The notes under the pieces are model-generated. The model did no database searches. It was not told where the DNA came from and saw only the letters and a program-made list of their open reading frames with translations. Shown here in pieces: positions 49,332-63,760 of a stretch of DNA of 64,000 bases; position 1 is the stretch's first letter; each line of letters begins with the position of its first letter. This DNA is from Schmidtea nova. Its lineage: Eukaryota. Position numbers and translations under genes: made by a program. The stretch covers positions 128,960,001 through 129,024,000 of the forward strand of contig CM097884.1 of the NCBI GenBank assembly GCA_044892505.1, given 5' to 3'.

Positions 49332-49688
49332 AATAAGCATTTGCTGCAAAAACAATTTTATTAAGGGAGAAAATTTTCGATATAAAATAGTCTTCGTCAA
49401 TCTTTAATTCGGCAAATAACTGGTATCTTCATTTTGCTGTTTCTTTCTCGTGAATTATCTTCCTTTTCATTGGATGTTAATCTGATTATTATAAATTTAA
49501 AATTGTTTTCTGAATTTTTTTTATTAAAAATTTTAAATATAAAATTCAAACTCTAAAATTTTAAAAATTTCTAAAATTTTTTTTTTCGAATAAATAATTT
49601 TATCCTTTTTTAAAATTTAAAATTTTTTTTCAGTTTATTGTCTGTATTTTACATTTAAATTTTCCAAACCTTTATATTTGAATTTTTT
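49332..49688 (-). mobile_element. PLE family B 3' UTR with U3-G8 hammerhead (49367-49404)
   Basis: Reverse complement aligns by eye with ~32130-32499; HHR AAGA UUGACGA A GACUAUUUUAUAUC GAAA AU UU UCUC. Confidence 0.85.
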
Positions 49689-50621
49689 NNNNNNNNNNNN
49701 NNNNNNNNNNNNNNNNNNNNNNNNNNNNNNNNNNNNNNNNNNNNNNNNNNNNNNNNNNNNNNNNNNNNNNNNNNNNNNNNNNNNNNNNNNNNNNNNNNNN
49801 NNNNNNNNNNNNNNNNNNNNNNNNNNNNNNNNNNNNNNNNNNNNNNNNNNNNNNNNNNNNNNNNNNNNNNNNNNNNNNNNNNNNNNNNNNNNNNNNNNNN
49901 NNNNNNNNNNNNNNNNNNNNNNNNNNNNNNNNNNNNNNNNNNNNNNNNNNNNNNNNNNNNNNNNNNNNNNNNNNNNNNNNNNNNNNNNNNNNNNNNNNNN
50001 NNNNNNNNNNNNNNNNNNNNNNNNNNNNNNNNNNNNNNNNNNNNNNNNNNNNNNNNNNNNNNNNNNNNNNNNNNNNNNNNNNNNNNNNNNNNNNNNNNNN
50101 NNNNNNNNNNNNNNNNNNNNNNNNNNNNNNNNNNNNNNNNNNNNNNNNNNNNNNNNNNNNNNNNNNNNNNNNNNNNNNNNNNNNNNNNNNNNNNNNNNNN
50201 NNNNNNNNNNNNNNNNNNNNNNNNNNNNNNNNNNNNNNNNNNNNNNNNNNNNNNNNNNNNNNNNNNNNNNNNNNNNNNNNNNNNNNNNNNNNNNNNNNNN
50301 NNNNNNNNNNNNNNNNNNNNNNNNNNNNNNNNNNNNNNNNNNNNNNNNNNNNNNNNNNNNNNNNNNNNNNNNNNNNNNNNNNNNNNNNNNNNNNNNNNNN
50401 NNNNNNNNNNNNNNNNNNNNNNNNNNNNNNNNNNNNNNNNNNNNNNNNNNNNNNNNNNNNNTAGCTTCCGACACTTTTTACATAAAAAAATACAAACCGT
50501 TCATCAACATTCAATTTGCACCAAAAAATTAAAATAAATTTTTTTTCATCTAATAAAATCATTTTAAAATATTAAAAAAATAATTAAGGTCACCATTTAG
50601 GATTAAGTTAATATAACGATA

Positions 50622-50738
50622 GAAATACACACTTGATAAAGGCTGTGCCGAAATATTGTGTTATTGTTTATAAAAAATTTTTTGATCTATAGTCATCATT
50701 ATGAGAATTATTGATAATAATAATAAAAAAAGATCAAA
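50622..50738 (+). repeat. Single (non-palindromic) family D module
   Basis: GAAATACACACTTGATAAAGGCTGTGCCGAAATATTGTG...ATGAGAATTATTGAT; runs into a gap. Confidence 0.92.
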
Positions 50739-51074
50739 NNNNNNNNNNNNNNNNNNNNNNNNNNNNNNNNNNNNNNNNNNNNNNNNNNNNNNNNNNNNNN
50801 NNNNNNNNNNNNNNNNNNNNNNNNNNNNNNNNNNNNNNNNNNNNNNNNNNNNNNNNNNNNNNNNNNNNNNNNNNNNNNNATTTTAAAATAATATTTAAAA
50901 AATTTTAAAAAGCTAACATCTTTAATTAATTATATTTAAATAATTTATTTATTTAATTATATTTTATCATAGTTTTATGGATACTTGAAAATGGAAGAGA
51001 GTCTAGCGAAATATATAGTTCGTTTATTTTATAAATGGCGTTTTATATTAATAAAAAATAATATTCAATTGTTT

Positions 51075-51890
51075 GTGTAAATGAAAGAATATCCATTTTC
51101 TCAATTCAACAATATTGAATGGATGTGTGATTTTGCCTTTCTCGTCGATATAACCCAGCATCCGAATGACTTAAATATGGAACTTCAAGAAAAAAGCCAG
51201 TTTAAGCATAACATATTGGATGAAATTAAAACTCTTGAAAGCAAGCTTAAAATATGGAACAATCATCTGTCGACAAGCAATTCGTCACATTTTTCATACT
51301 TGAATAAAGAAACTCCTTCAGAAATACTAAAATAAGCCCGGAAAATACAAAATTTTATGGGCGAAGTGAGTTAAAATGGAATTGATGGATTTACAAAACA
51401 AAATTGATTTTGAGAAATAAATTTCAGAATTCGAACATCTAAAAATGTTATCTAAATTACATGATTTTACAAACATTTCCACGATTATTATGCAAATCAT
51501 GACACTTTTTGGAATTAATTATGGTTACTAGCAATTATTTTCCGCAAAATTAAAGGAACAGCCGATCAAATCCAATTGATGTACGGTGTAATGGAGCGTG
51601 AGAGTTACTGTATTGTCTATATCTGCAAAGATAGACCAATTGGTTACAAAGAAGCAATCCCAAACTTCTTATTACAATTTGTTTAATATGTTTCCCATAA
51701 AAAATAATTATAGTATTTCTATTATATTTTATTTGTGTTATTTTTATAGGATTATTATTATGTTCATTTTGTTACTAAAGAGATAATTTGTATTTATCAT
51801 CTAGTGTTCAAATTTTAATATGTTTCTTGTATGCCGCCCGTACAAAGTTTTTAAATTTGTAGTTGGTCCGTTGCAAAAAAAGATTGCTCT
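51075..51890 (+). pseudogene. hAT transposase C-terminal remnant (Buster/SPIN/GTF2IRD2-like)
   Basis: EWMCDFAFLVDITQHPNDLNMELQ...LESKLKIW...HF and terminal SAKIDQLVTKKQSQTSY; no intact TIR. Confidence 0.8.
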
Positions 51891-54800
51891 TATATATAAC
51901 GGGATTTAGAAATTATATATAAAATTATTTATTCAAACAAATGTAATGTTTTATCATAATTTTACAAAATAATACTTCTTAATAACGGGATTTAGAAATT
52001 TCCCCATTCGTCACATAGTTGGCTCCTCAATTTCTGGGAGAACTCACATATGTTTATAGTACTCTCGAGATTGAATTTAAAAAATGCAATTTTACACAAT
52101 ATAAACTCTTGTTAATTGAAAAATTAGTTTAATTTTCATCCTTCTCAAAGATTACTTTAACATATTTTTATCCCTAATAAAATAAATGTCACTGAAATGA
52201 TGGTAAAAATCATTTGAAAACATGTTTAATAATTTTTCATCATTTACTCTTGAAATATTTACAAATTTATCAAAACAATCGATTTTATATATGTTTTTTC
52301 TTTTTCTTTACATATTTTTCTTTATTTATTTTGTTTTCTAGATTTATTACTTCCCCAATCTTTTTTACAGCATAAAAAAGTAAGATTTTAATTTTAATTT
52401 ATAATTATAATAAATCATTAAGTTTTTTAATTAATCAAAAATTAATTTTTTATAAATAATTTTCAAATTTTCGGAGACAATATATTATACGGTTAAAGGA
52501 TAATTTATCATATACGTTGTATTTGAGGCGGTATATTGCATTGTTTCCGAATTCCATTGCTTGAGGCATCATTATCCATCATCAAAATGTTAGAACAACA
52601 TGAAAATTTATCTAATTTTTTTTCTATCGGGACTGAAAGGGATAATAATTTAAATAAGACTAACAATTTATGTTTGCTATTTTATAACCCATTAAAATTG
52701 TTGAGTTAAAAGTTAAATTTAAAAAAATTTTCAATTTTTATAGAATTATACAAAATAATAAAAATTATATATTTTCAATATTTTTCTTTTCATTGTAAAG
52801 AAAATAAAAATAATAATTATTTATAGACTGAAATAAATGAAGTAAATCAGCAATGTACTATAGTGAATAAAATTTTTTATAAATATTTTTTGTTTTGTAA
52901 GAATTAAAATATTAAAAAATTTAAGTATATTATAAATTTAAAAAATGTTGAAATATGAAAAATAAAAAATAAATCTATTAGTGAAAAATTAAATTTTAAA
53001 ATTGCAAGGTAAACTACGGGAAAGTTTATTAAATATTTAACTTTGTTTAGTTCATTTCCTTTTTCTAAAATATAAATTAATTAGTACAATATACAAAATT
53101 CAATGTTAAATGAAATTTTAAAAATAAAAAAAATACTTTGAAATATATTTATAATTTTAATTAAAAATGTCCTTTATTTTAATTTATAACTAATAAACTT
53201 ACCAATTCTTTGATTCATTTTTATAATAATAAATAATTTTTAAAATGCTCGTATAAATAATACCATATGAATTAACTTGAAAATTATATTTATTAAATTC
53301 TTATAAGACATTATTTTTTTTTATAAAATAGCCTTAAAATATGGCCAGCAAAAAATGAAATTAAAACATAAAATGCAGTATGTGTTACATTAACACACAC
53401 TACAAAAAGCGTAGTATGACGGAATTTGTGTGTGTGTGTGTGTTGATTGAATCACAGCCGAGTGAAAATTTATGTCTCGGATAATTTGTTTTAATACTGA
53501 AAAAATAAAAAAGATGAAATTTTGTTTTATTGAAATAAATATTATATGAAAATTTAATTAAAAATTTAAATCTTGCAATTTTATTGCAAATGACAAGTAT
53601 TTTTCTTAATTATTTTTAATTAAAAAAAATAATTAACTTTCATTTAATATAAAATGAAATAATTAGCCCTATCACAAATATTTTTTGTTTGAAACATGAT
53701 TATTATAATTTAATTCAAATGAAACTTTGTTTTTACTATTTCTATGTAATGAATTTATATTATGGTAAAGAAAAATAAAATTAATCAATATCAGGTCTAT
53801 TGTTAGAATTAATAAAAATGTTATTATTAGAGTTGGATAACAATACAGGGAAACATATTGACTTAAGGAAATTTATTTTCGAACCCACATAAGTTATATG
53901 GAATTTATTAACTTGTAAAAATAACTGCATGTATTTTTGTTTCAATATACTAACTATTTTCATATTATCATGTCGGTTCTGGTGTATGGGGAACTCTGAA
54001 ACATTTCCTCTCTAGTTATGAAATTATTATTTTTTAAATAATAACCTGAAATTTTATCAGATTATCATTGAATTGACTCTAAAATGAATTCCAACATGCC
54101 ATTTAAAAAATGCAGGGTAAGTTAAAATTCACATGAAACTCAAGATATATTTCATTGAACTATAAGTAACAACCTTTTGGGTTTTTATTCCGTACTAAGC
54201 GTAGAGTTGCATCAGTAGCTCACCGGAAGGTATTGGGCCGCCCTTCCCAACTGTAGATTATATATGGACGCCATCTAAATATCATGCTTCCCTGCATTGG
54301 GTAGATGAGTAGCGGGCCTTATTAGTATGGCCTTGAGTTGCATCATTCTACCACTTATTGTTGTACATATTCTAAAAAAATCATCTTAAGGAATTTTTTT
54401 GGTCGCAATCTTATACTACTATAAGCATCTTTTCCCCAGAATTTCCACAAATAAATGTCATTGTATGTAATTATATCAGATCTTAGGGATCAGTTTTGAG
54501 CAATATTCAAACCTATATCACAATTTGCAGGAAACTGTCAAAGAAAAAATTGCGGAGTCTAATGTAACGTGTGCGATGTGGCACCATATTGTCGCTTTTT
54601 CTGTCGCTTGATTTTTTTGTCTTTTTCACTATAATCAATAAATAAGTTAAAATTATGGTTAGGCATAATTTATTGATAATTATTTTTCAAAAATTGTGAA
54701 TTTGAAACAAAATCCAAGCCGAATTTGTCTTGTATTTTTCAAAACTTTTTGGGATTAAATTCAAAAATATCTTTTAATCTTTTCACTATTGATTTGATTA

Positions 54801-57800
54801 CCTTTTCCTTTATTTTCATTTCTTTTCTGACTCTAGGTCAATATTTTCCAACATTTTGAGAATTTTACCGCCATATTTAGTGTAATAGTCAAATGACTTC
54901 GGTAAAAATTTATAAAAACTAGTATTTAAAAAAAAACGGTTAAAACTTTCTAATTTTATTTTCTAAAAAAGTATATTTTAAAAGCTAGCTACAAAACCCG
55001 TCAAATGACGGAGAAATCTTTGTGGATTTATTTAAAATTATACATGAATGGCGACAAATGGCAGACATTATATATACATTTTGTATATTATAAAAACAAT
55101 TTGAACTCAAATTTATAAATTTATTCCGTTATTTAATGTGACCCTCGAGTCTCATATTTATTGTTCAGTTACTAATTCAGTAATTTCTTCTTAAATATCT
55201 GCGTTTTATTAAAGTTAACCCATTCGTTACCTCAATTTCCAAATGGGGATTTGAATATTTAATTTTTTTCCCAATTAATCACTTATCTATATGCCTACAT
55301 CTCACAAAATATAAGATAATAAAAATAATCCACAATTTAAGTAAAATGTGTATTTTTAAAGTCAACAGCAAATAAATAAAAAAAATTTTTTTTCACATGT
55401 CAAACAAACATTTATAATTTGTGCACCATACTGATTCATTCTGATGCTAACCGCACAAATGTATATTAATTTTTATTTTTTTAAGCATTCTACTTTATTA
55501 AAAAATAAATTTTTAAATATTATTCTTATTTTTTTCAGAAGTTCTGAAATATTTATTTTATAATTAATAAAAAATTATTTTAATTATTTTAGAAAATATA
55601 TTTTTAAAAATTTGATAATTTTTTTCGTCGATTTCTAAATAATTTCACAGACAAAATCTGGTAAATAAATTATTTTTTAATTATTTATTATTCACTTAAA
55701 ATTGTGTTTAAAATCAATTATTTTATTATTAATTAAACCAATGCTCATTTAAACAATGAATTGTAAATTTCAGTTAATTATCCATATTTGCAGTTATTAT
55801 TTTGAAATGTAAATTAGGACAGTCAATTGTATTTTTATTTTTTATTAACAAATTGTTTTGCTTGAATAATTAATCGTATCAGATTTCTCAAAGATAAATC
55901 CCGAATAAAACCAATTGTCGACGTTCGTTTGCATTTTTGTTCATATTATTGGGGAAGTGTAGCATATGTCGATTGTTGAGAGGATTATGTTGTGTTTTTG
56001 TTTTATTTCAATTTTGAAATACACAATTCAGAAAAAAAGACAATCAATTTTTTGTTGGACGAAATTATTATAATAATCAGAAGGAGTTGGGAAATTCTCA
56101 TAGGTAAACAGGCGACCTTTATAAAAAAATTTATATAAATATTCTTCAAGTGGAGCCGTCGATAGTCGAGTTGACAAAGCTGTTCAATAATAATAAACAA
56201 TTTTTGTTGTGTAGAAAATCTTATGAAATATTGATTGGGTATTCAATTAATTGTGTTCTTGTTTATTTATTGATCAATTATCTATTATATTTTTATATTT
56301 TTTATCGCTTGAATTGATCATAATTGTTTGATAATACCAGTTGATTTTTTACACTATTAGTATGGTATGTATTATTTTTTTGTTTTTTCATAACTGAAGA
56401 CCGTTTTGTTGGATTTGGCTAATACAATTAAGATCAATTTAATTAATTAAAATATTAAAAATATATATAAATTTAATATTATTAACAGTTATTTTTCATT
56501 TATTTTTTTCATTGCATATTTTAGTTGAGTAAAATAATTTGTCAATTTGTTTTAATTTGTCGAATTAATTTGCATAAATGGGAATATTTTTAAAGAATTT
56601 AATTCACTGAGTTGTATTTATATATTATGATTGTCAGATGTCTTTATTCCCGTTTTTTTAAAATTACTAACTGAGCTTGCTACACCATTTCTCAAATTCA
56701 ATTTGAAATAAACAGAAAACTGTGTACACTGCCCGATGCAGACACACATACTTTGTAGTCACCTGTAGTTAGAATCACGAGAATAGTCCAACAACGGAAT
56801 TTTAATACATCCAGATTTATGCATACCCACTGAACATTCAAATAAGCACACAACTATTTTTGACATTTTATTATATGACCACAAAATATTTAACATGAGG
56901 ATGATATACAAGTTGAATACTTATAAAAGAATCAATTTATAAATGGTGTATATTGACTACGTCTATTACACTGGTTCGCGTTTATCTGTTTTGTATTAAA
57001 TGATCCGTGCTCAACTTAAAAACACAAACATAATATTTTTCTTGATTTTTATATCACCTTTCATTTTTTAAATATTATTTTTAAGGCGGTTTTTTAAATA
57101 TGTATATGATTTTATTGCAGTAATTCTTGCTTAATTAAACATATTAAAACTAATAAAAATTTGATCAATATTTAGCAAAATATAATCGAGTAAATGCATT
57201 TTTGGTTATAACGGGATATTTAAAGATTTGCGTTTCAATAAACAAAATATCGATAAGTTAACTTTTCTGTGCTTTGTAGTTTTTGATAATGTAAATTTAT
57301 TATCAATTAATGTATATTAAAGATCCTTAATCATCCTTTTTATAGACTTTTTTCAATTTTTAGGAAATCAATCGAATTTTGCCACTTTTATTTAAGAGTA
57401 TAAGAACACATTGACAATGTCCTTATAGAAAGTTTTACATAAAAAAAGTTAGTAATCCGAAGATGTTAAGTCTGAGCAATACTTTGGGTATGATAAATTA
57501 AATATTTTACATAAATAAAAGAGTTATTTTTACATAGAATTTTTTTCATATAGTAGACTAAATCAATTTTTCAGAAAAAATGTATATATTGTAAATGCAG
57601 AATTTATACTCAAAATTAATCTCCTAATTTTATCAATAATATTCATGTATTTCTTAAATATTATTTTAAATTATACTCGTTCACATTGTCATAATTCCTT
57701 CGCAATTGCTTTTCCTAAAAAATTAAAATAAATCATCAAAAATGGGAAATAATAATTGCATAGATCTTTCCAGAAATGGAAAAATATATTTGACAGATGT

Positions 57801-58019
57801 AACAATAAATCAAAAAAATCCAAATAAACTACCGGCTCAATTCCTAAAATATATTTTCGTAAATTAAATTTATTAAGATTTGTTGAAAATCAACAAAACT
57901 TTCATAAAAATAAAAGATAGTTACTATATAATATAATTAATATTAGGTTACACGAAATGAAATGTCCGCTAAATGGATTATAATTCAATAGACATACAAT
58001 ATATTTAGACATTTATTAA

Positions 58020-58200
58020 TTAATCAAAATATGATCCATCAAAATTAATACACTCTTGTCATAGCTTTTCTATACCTTCTTTAAAAAAGCCTCATGTCTG
58101 AAGTCCAAGAAAGTAATAACTGTCGATTTTCTGTCGATTTAAAAAATAATGTACCGAAGATTTGTTTAGTTTGTTTAAAAATATTGAAAATTTGTCATTA
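58020..58200 (-). pseudogene. Mariner transposase C-terminal scrap
   Basis: Manual translation ...FKEGIEKL*QECINFDGSYFD* resembles the mariner end (F..GI.KL..RW.KCI..DG.YFE). Confidence 0.45.
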
Positions 58201-61200
58201 ACAATAAAAATCAAACCTTATAATCGTCATTATTAATAAAAATTTTCCCCGATTATTTTTATTATTTTTTTATCATCACGGGGAGTTTTTGAATGATTCA
58301 ACTTATAATAGTATTATAATATCAAAGAAGAACATCAATGTCTTTTGATGTTTGTCTCATTTCACTTGCAGTCTCCAATCGTTTTTTTTTGAGTATTTTT
58401 TATGACTATTTTTACTCATTTGCTTTTTATGTCTATATTACTCATAATATTGAGCAGATTGTAAAATTTAATTACTACTTTCAGTAAAATATTTTATTTA
58501 ATTTTTGTTAGTGGTGTAGTTTCCCAGAAATATGTGGTTAAATTTATTTTATTTGCCATTTGGTGAAAAATAAATTAATTAAAATGCATTACTACTTGTA
58601 AACGAAGATATAAATTTTTATTTTTAACATAAATCGCAAATAATAAAAATTAAATTTTACAATTTATTACAATTTTTGTAGATCTAATTAATTTTTTAAA
58701 TCATAAGAAAAAATAATTTTAATTAATAAATTTAATTAAAATAAATTTAACATATATTAAAACATATTAGTGAATAAGTTTATAGCACAGCCGGCCGGTG
58801 TTTAAGATTTATTAATAGACATACACAGATGAGCTTAAAACGATTTTTTTTGATTATATTATATTTTAATATTAAATTAACTATGTAAATTAATTTTATT
58901 ATTTTTATTTTTAAATTAATTTTATTTGGTAATTTGCAATCATGTTTATAATATTAATTTATTAAGTGAATTAATTACTCATCATTAATAAGTAATATAG
59001 AGATGGATTTAGATTATTATCTGTTAAGTCCATCCTTAGACATAGTAGGTTTCATGGACATTGTTGATGTAGGGGAGAGTCATATTTATGAGCATAGTAA
59101 AGTTTGAAAATGAGGGGTCACTTATTAGTTACTGGTGCTGATATCTCTATCTGAAAAAACGTATTTTATAATTTTTTATTTGTATGATCATATATTTTGT
59201 ATGAAAGTGGTAACCTGAGGATGGTAGTAAATCTTTCGCAAAACTTACTCAGTATAATTTTAAGTCTTTGTTATTTAAATCGTTGTCATATTCATATAAT
59301 CATTAACATATATAAAAAAACATATTTGAATGGAACATTTACCATATTAAATGGAATCATTACCATATTTTCCCCAATTTTGTCACATTTCTATTCATCT
59401 TTAAGATAATGAATCAAATTTCTTTAACCTGAATGAAAAAAAATTGGATCTATTGTCATAAAATGAAAATACGTATATATATAATTACATTCATTATTCA
59501 TTATATGTAAATAATTTTTATTGGTTTAATGAATATTTTTCTTTCAATACAAAATAATTTCCTTAAAAATTCTTTAACCATTTTTCAAACTGCATTTATT
59601 AAGAATATATTTTTTAATTTTTAATTACAGATAAATTAATTGCTCTCTAACTTTTATTTCTTCCATTTTCTTTGTCGTCTATTCACCTTAATCTCTCTAA
59701 ATTTCTATTGAATAGTTTATTATATTTTATTTTATTTTTGAAAGAATAATCTTAATTGATAATCGACTAAATAATAAATGATGATCTTGTCGCGTGCCAC
59801 GATGAGAAATAAGTAATTAAAAGGAAACCATTAAAACAATAAAAACTTTTTTAATTCACGAATTAATAGCCTTCATTGGTTCTTTTACACCACAATAATT
59901 ACCAAAATGTAGACTTAATTCCATGAATTTCTAAGGGTTCATGTACAAGGTTTCATTTACTTATTTTTTATCAGAGCTGGCTGAAATGTCAAAAAGAAAA
60001 ACATTTGTTTAATTTATAATTAATTTTTTTAACTTTTTAAATTTCAAATTACATTTAAAATCTTTAAGTTTTGTCGCCTTTAATTTCAGTTTTTAGACAA
60101 TATTTGCAGAATTTTTTTATAAAACACAAAATTTTGGCACTGACTTTTCAATTGAAAAAAAGCACTCGAGAAAAACAGTGATGAAAATTAGTGTTACACA
60201 ATAAAAGATTTTGATCTATTTAATATAAAACAATTTCGAAATAAAATTATTTTGTTTTAATTGATACATATTATTGTAATTAAAATAATTTCAAAAACTG
60301 AATTTAAATTGTGTGTTATCGAGATAAATTCAAAAAGACAAGTTATTGCTAATATTTCAAGGAAGTCGGCGAGGAAACAACAACAGAGAATACATGCAGG
60401 TATCAAATTTGAACAAATCGTTGGCAATTAATAAAAAATAAAAAATTGTAAATAATTTTATTTTGTCAATGCCGACATCATGACACGGCTCATTGTTACT
60501 TCTATGAATTCTTTTCTGACTGCCTAATCGATATGAGATGCCAACAGTGGAAATTATGGTTATCATACATTTAAATAGTTTATAAATAATTGATCCAAAT
60601 AAATTGTCGGAACACTTTTATCGGTTTGCCTCGACATTGTTGTCGTAAAGTTGTGGAAAAAATTATTTAGAGAAAACTTTTTTTTATTGGTGTAGAAATT
60701 AAAATATACACAATCGATTTTTGTTAACTATCCCTACCGACTGTTGTTTTTTATTTTTACGAATTATATATATTTGTGTGTGTGTGGGGGGGGATCGGGA
60801 TCGGGATACTACTAATTAATTGAAACGGTTTTGATGAAATTTAGTGGATCCAACTATTAAGGAGCTGGAAAACAGTTTAATTAGATCTTAACCTTGGACA
60901 TATTCAATTAGAGGTAAAATAATTGGTTTCTATGACAACTGAGAGGTTTTAAAATATTTATATAAATTAAACGAATTAAGGAAATTAATTTAATTAATTC
61001 TTCTTTTAAATTAGATTTAGCTTTTAATATCTAATAATATTTCTTATCCTTATTTACTAAGTACAATAATTAAGTAATTAAACTTTATAAACTTTTTTTA
61101 CAAAAATATTCTTGCAATTTTTTTCTCGAAAACGGTTTTAAAGATAGGATGAATTTTGTTAAATTTACCGATTTGGATTTCTTGAAATGTCATTTAGGAA

Positions 61201-61253
61201 AAAAAGATAATTATCTGGATTTTTTAATATTTGTGTATCCATGAAAACTGAAA

Positions 61254-61288
<35 letters not shown>

Positions 61289-62849
61289 TGTGAGGAGTTT
61301 TGTAGCCCAAATTTGTTATTTTCAAAGGGTATGTTAAAAAAATAAAATTTAATTCTTTGTAGTTTGATTTTTCTAGTATTAATTGCAGTAAAAATATTTA
61401 TTATATTTGTATTTTTGGGACATAGTTCAATTTCGTTTATTATTACTTCGATTTTGCACCCAATTTGCAAAGTTTCGCCCTTAGGACATGCGATTAAAGA
61501 TTTTAAAACTAAAATAAGTGTGTGTGTAAATGTGAAAAGTAATTGTTATACAGGATACATCAGTCATCCTTAATTTAGCCGTTGTAAAGATACAACCATA
61601 AAATTTTTAATTGGAATAAAATTTATCAAGTTAGTGTAAATCACTCTAAGATCATAAAAAAGTATACCATTCCTGTGATTGTGAATATATTTAAACAAAA
61701 CTCAAATGGGTAGATATTGTCATAATTATGTAATAATGTACATTGCTAACGTGCTTAATTATACCGTTTGTGATTATTGAGTGTGAGAAAAATGATTTTC
61801 TCTCAATGCGAAAGTGTCAATTCTTGAAAACATATCTAAGTATTATAGACAGTTAACCACAGAGTTTATATAATTATTATTTAAGGAATTTACAATCAAC
61901 AAAAGGGAAAAAATCAGGTTGTGTCAATTTTTCAACAAAAAAAAATTTCTTAATAGAATTCGAATTTGGTTGTTTTGAAAATGATGAAAAATAGTTTGAG
62001 AATTCAATTTTTATTTGCAAAGAGAAAAAATAAATTTCATTTTCGAAATAATTTCGAATGACTTTGAGGAGTAATAATATTTATTTGAACTAATCATTGT
62101 TTCATTTGAGGCGACAATTAGTTTGAATTTTTTCTTTTCCTTAAACAGAAGTGAGTCAACGAATAAACAAGAGAAAGTTTTGTTGATGGAATATGTCATG
62201 GATTTAGTAAAATAAAATCTGTTTGTGACGAAATAAAAAGTCGTTTGTTATTTCCTCCAAACTTTAATGTCTTCACTTTATAGCAAATGGATTCGACAAT
62301 GCAGTTGAATTGATATCAAATGAAGATTGTTTGCGATTGTTGAAATACTTTGATTTTTGTTTTACTATTTGTTGAGTTTGTTTGTGTAAATTTTTTGTGT
62401 TCGATTTATTTGTCGTAATGGAATTTTAATTTTTATTAAATTATAATNNNNNNNNNNNNNNNNNNNNNNNNNNNNNNNNNNNNNNNNNNNNNNNNNNNNN
62501 NNNNNNNNNNNNNNNNNNNNNNNNNNNNNNNNNNNNNNNNNNNNNNNNNNNNNNNNNNNNNNNNNNNNNNNNNNNNNNNNNNNTACCGGATTTTCTTGAA
62601 TATAAGATTAATATTCGAGAAATAAATATTTAAAAAATTTTATTTAAATTCAATGTTAATAATTCCACTTAAATTAGCGTTTAAATTTAATATTTAATAT
62701 TATTTTTAATGCTTTATAATTATTTTTAGAAATAAATTTTATCGTATGAATAGAGAATCTTATTTGATAATAGAAAAATTAAATGCTTTAAAAAAATTAG
62801 AAGAAAATCATGAATAAAATTTGAAAGCCAGCAGCTGATCTTGGAATTT

Positions 62850-63760
62850 CTAGAAAAATGATTAGAGACAAAAGAATTTTATCATATAACTCATTTAAAG
62901 AAAATGCATTGAAATTTGCTACAGAATTAAATATTCCTTATTTTTAAGCAAGTAACAATTGGATTTTTTTTGTTTTTAAAAAGAAATGACATATCCGTAA
63001 GGAACATAACATGAATCGGCCAAGAAGATAATAGACCTATTTTAAAGTTAAAACAATTTAGTTTTAAAATGTTTTAAAGAAGTCAACTGAAAAATATGTC
63101 AACTGAAAGAGTTTATAATATGGACGAAACACCAATTTATATTTATACTGTGAATAGTAGAACTGTTACATTTAAAAGTAAAAAAACATAAAAATTCATG
63201 CTACTGGACATAAAAAAACTCATTTCACTGTTGCTTTAACTACTTTGGATTTTGAAAATCTTCTAAATAATTTTGTTATATTAAAATGTTTAAAAGATTT
63301 TCTGATACCCTCAAATAAGGCAGAGACAAAATTTAAAACAGGGATGATGAATAAAAATCTAATTAATATATAATTTAACGCTGGTTTAAAGGAAGCAGGC
63401 TCATTTTTAATTACAGAAAAATAATTGTTATTTTTGGACAGTTTCTGTTCTCATAAAGTTGAAGTTTTTCTAAAGAATGTTTTTTAAGTACTTTTAAATA
63501 TGACCTTTTTCCATCTAAAGTCAACATCGTTTATTTAGTCACCATGCGTTTTAGGAAATTCAGTTTTTAAATTACATATAAAATATTTCTGGGAAGATTG
63601 GAGCAAAAATGGGTTATAAACAAAAACAACCATGAACCGTAATATTATCATTTATATCTTTAAAGAAAATTCATTCAACTCTTATTTGTAAATCTTTTAA
63701 ATTATGTGGGATTAATAACAATGAAGTTATTTTAGCAATGGAATGAATGGCAAACTTGAA
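62850..63760 (+). pseudogene. pogo/Tigger-like (CENP-B/DDE_1) transposase remnant
   Basis: ALKFATELNIPYF*ASNNW, YNMDETP (~63116), GHKKTHFTVAL, LFLDSFCSHK; heavily frameshifted. Confidence 0.8.

Noticed and set aside
32434-50908. Long ORFs in the track that consist mostly of X
   Set aside because: They are read-throughs of N gaps, not genes.
52000-62400. Scattered short ORFs and exon-like patches (e.g. ~54480-54565, ~56750-56850, 60357-60566, 62011-62199)
   Set aside because: No recognisable domain or reliable splice chain; RNA-seq would be needed.
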